A DNA stretch of 64,000 bases from positions 160,001-224,000 of the forward strand of contig CAVZMI010000020.1 of NCBI GenBank assembly GCA_963776275.1. The letters are read 5' to 3'. The position numbers and the translations under genes were made by a program. This document shows positions 63,332 to 64,000 of the stretch, in pieces. The DNA is from Ignavibacteriota bacterium (GTDB lineage: Bacteria > Bacteroidota > Ignavibacteria > UBA10030 > CAVZMI01). Every line of letters begins with the position of its first letter. Within the stretch, counting starts at the first letter, position 1. The notes below the pieces were generated by a model. The model ran no database searches. It was not told the origin of the DNA and worked only from the letters and a program-made list of their open reading frames with translations.

Positions 63332-64000
63332 TCATTTCACAACTGCAATCTTAATAAACACGTCTCCTGAACCCGCTGTTCCACGTGCTTCGATCTTTGC
63401 CAGATAAATGCCCGGTTGAAAAGAGGCTGTATTCCATTCAACTTCGTTATCAATACCGCCAATACCGGGTCCGGTAAATTCCGCTATCCTGTCGCCCGCA
63501 ATATCATAGATTTTGATTACAACCGATGCCGGCGCTCCGAGATAATAGCGGATATATGTCTTTCCATTATAAACCGGGTTTGGCCAGTTATAGGCACGCG
63601 ACTTCGGGAAAAATTCCGACACGGGAGGCCGGTAACTCACTGTTTCCTTCACAGCCGTTGTATTCGATTGCGTCGCATCATGGTGATAGCCGGGCCACGG
63701 CATGAGACTGTCAACATACTGAGTGTTGAACTGCCATGCATACAATGAACTGTCGCCACAGCTTACTGCCAATCCAACCTTTCCCAGAATATTAAAGAGA
63801 AATGGAGTGGTCACTACAGCGCCGCCTGCGGTAAGCGGAAATCCGGTCAGCATCTTTCCCCTTTTGTTCACCGCCGCTATTTCTCCATTTGATAATCCGA
63901 CGACAATGTCGACGCTTCCGTCTCCATCGATATCGCCGACCACCGGCGATGCGGTCATCGGTTCTCCCGATGGAAACTGCACGGGGAAATTATCGATTGC
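63332..64000 (-). CDS. FG-GAP repeat protein with T9SS C-terminal sorting domain (3' part; runs off window)
   Basis: GDIDGDG repeat; YNWPNP...IYDIAG...PGIYL...KIAVVK. Confidence 0.82.
   Translation of the reverse strand, partial: AIDNFPVQFPSGEPMTASPVVGDIDGDGSVDIVVGLSNGEIAAVNKRGKMLTGFPLTAGGAVVTTPFLFNILGKVGLAVSCGDSSLYAWQFNTQYVDSLMPWPGYHHDATQSNTTAVKETVSYRPPVSEFFPKSRAYNWPNPVYNGKTYIRYYLGAPASVVIKIYDIAGDRIAEFTGPGIGGIDNEVEWNTASFQPGIYLAKIEARGTAGSGDVFIKIAVVK

Overview
Chromosomal window from an FCB-group bacterium, probably Ignavibacteria-like (inferred from SprA/T9SS, GlnD, GGAG Shine-Dalgarno sites and canonical sigma70 promoters). Most of it is housekeeping: clpX-clpP-tig, pdp, pyrE, murI, glnD, arfB, ubiE/menG, rlmD, two ABC-F ATPases, tilS-hpt-ftsH, hisG, tmk, ctpA, an ECF sigma factor, sprA and lptFG. 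The standout is a 5.8 kb DNA-damage/mutagenesis island at 10060-15881. It holds DUF72, a DinB/YfiT protein and SRAP/HMCES, with SRAP divergent from an archaeal-type operon of inactive RecA-fold protein, small helical subunit and PolB2. The DUF72 promoter carries a perfect ACGACA-N4-TGTCGT palindrome in its spacer, a candidate novel SOS box. Seven frameshifts in six genes can each be repaired by restoring a GGWCC site, which suggests base-calling errors at a methylated motif rather than pseudogenes. Also present are a replaced 5' end of a cupin gene, nested REP/MITE-like palindromes and a candidate structured RNA upstream of tilS. I recognised no rRNA, tRNA, CRISPR array or transposase.
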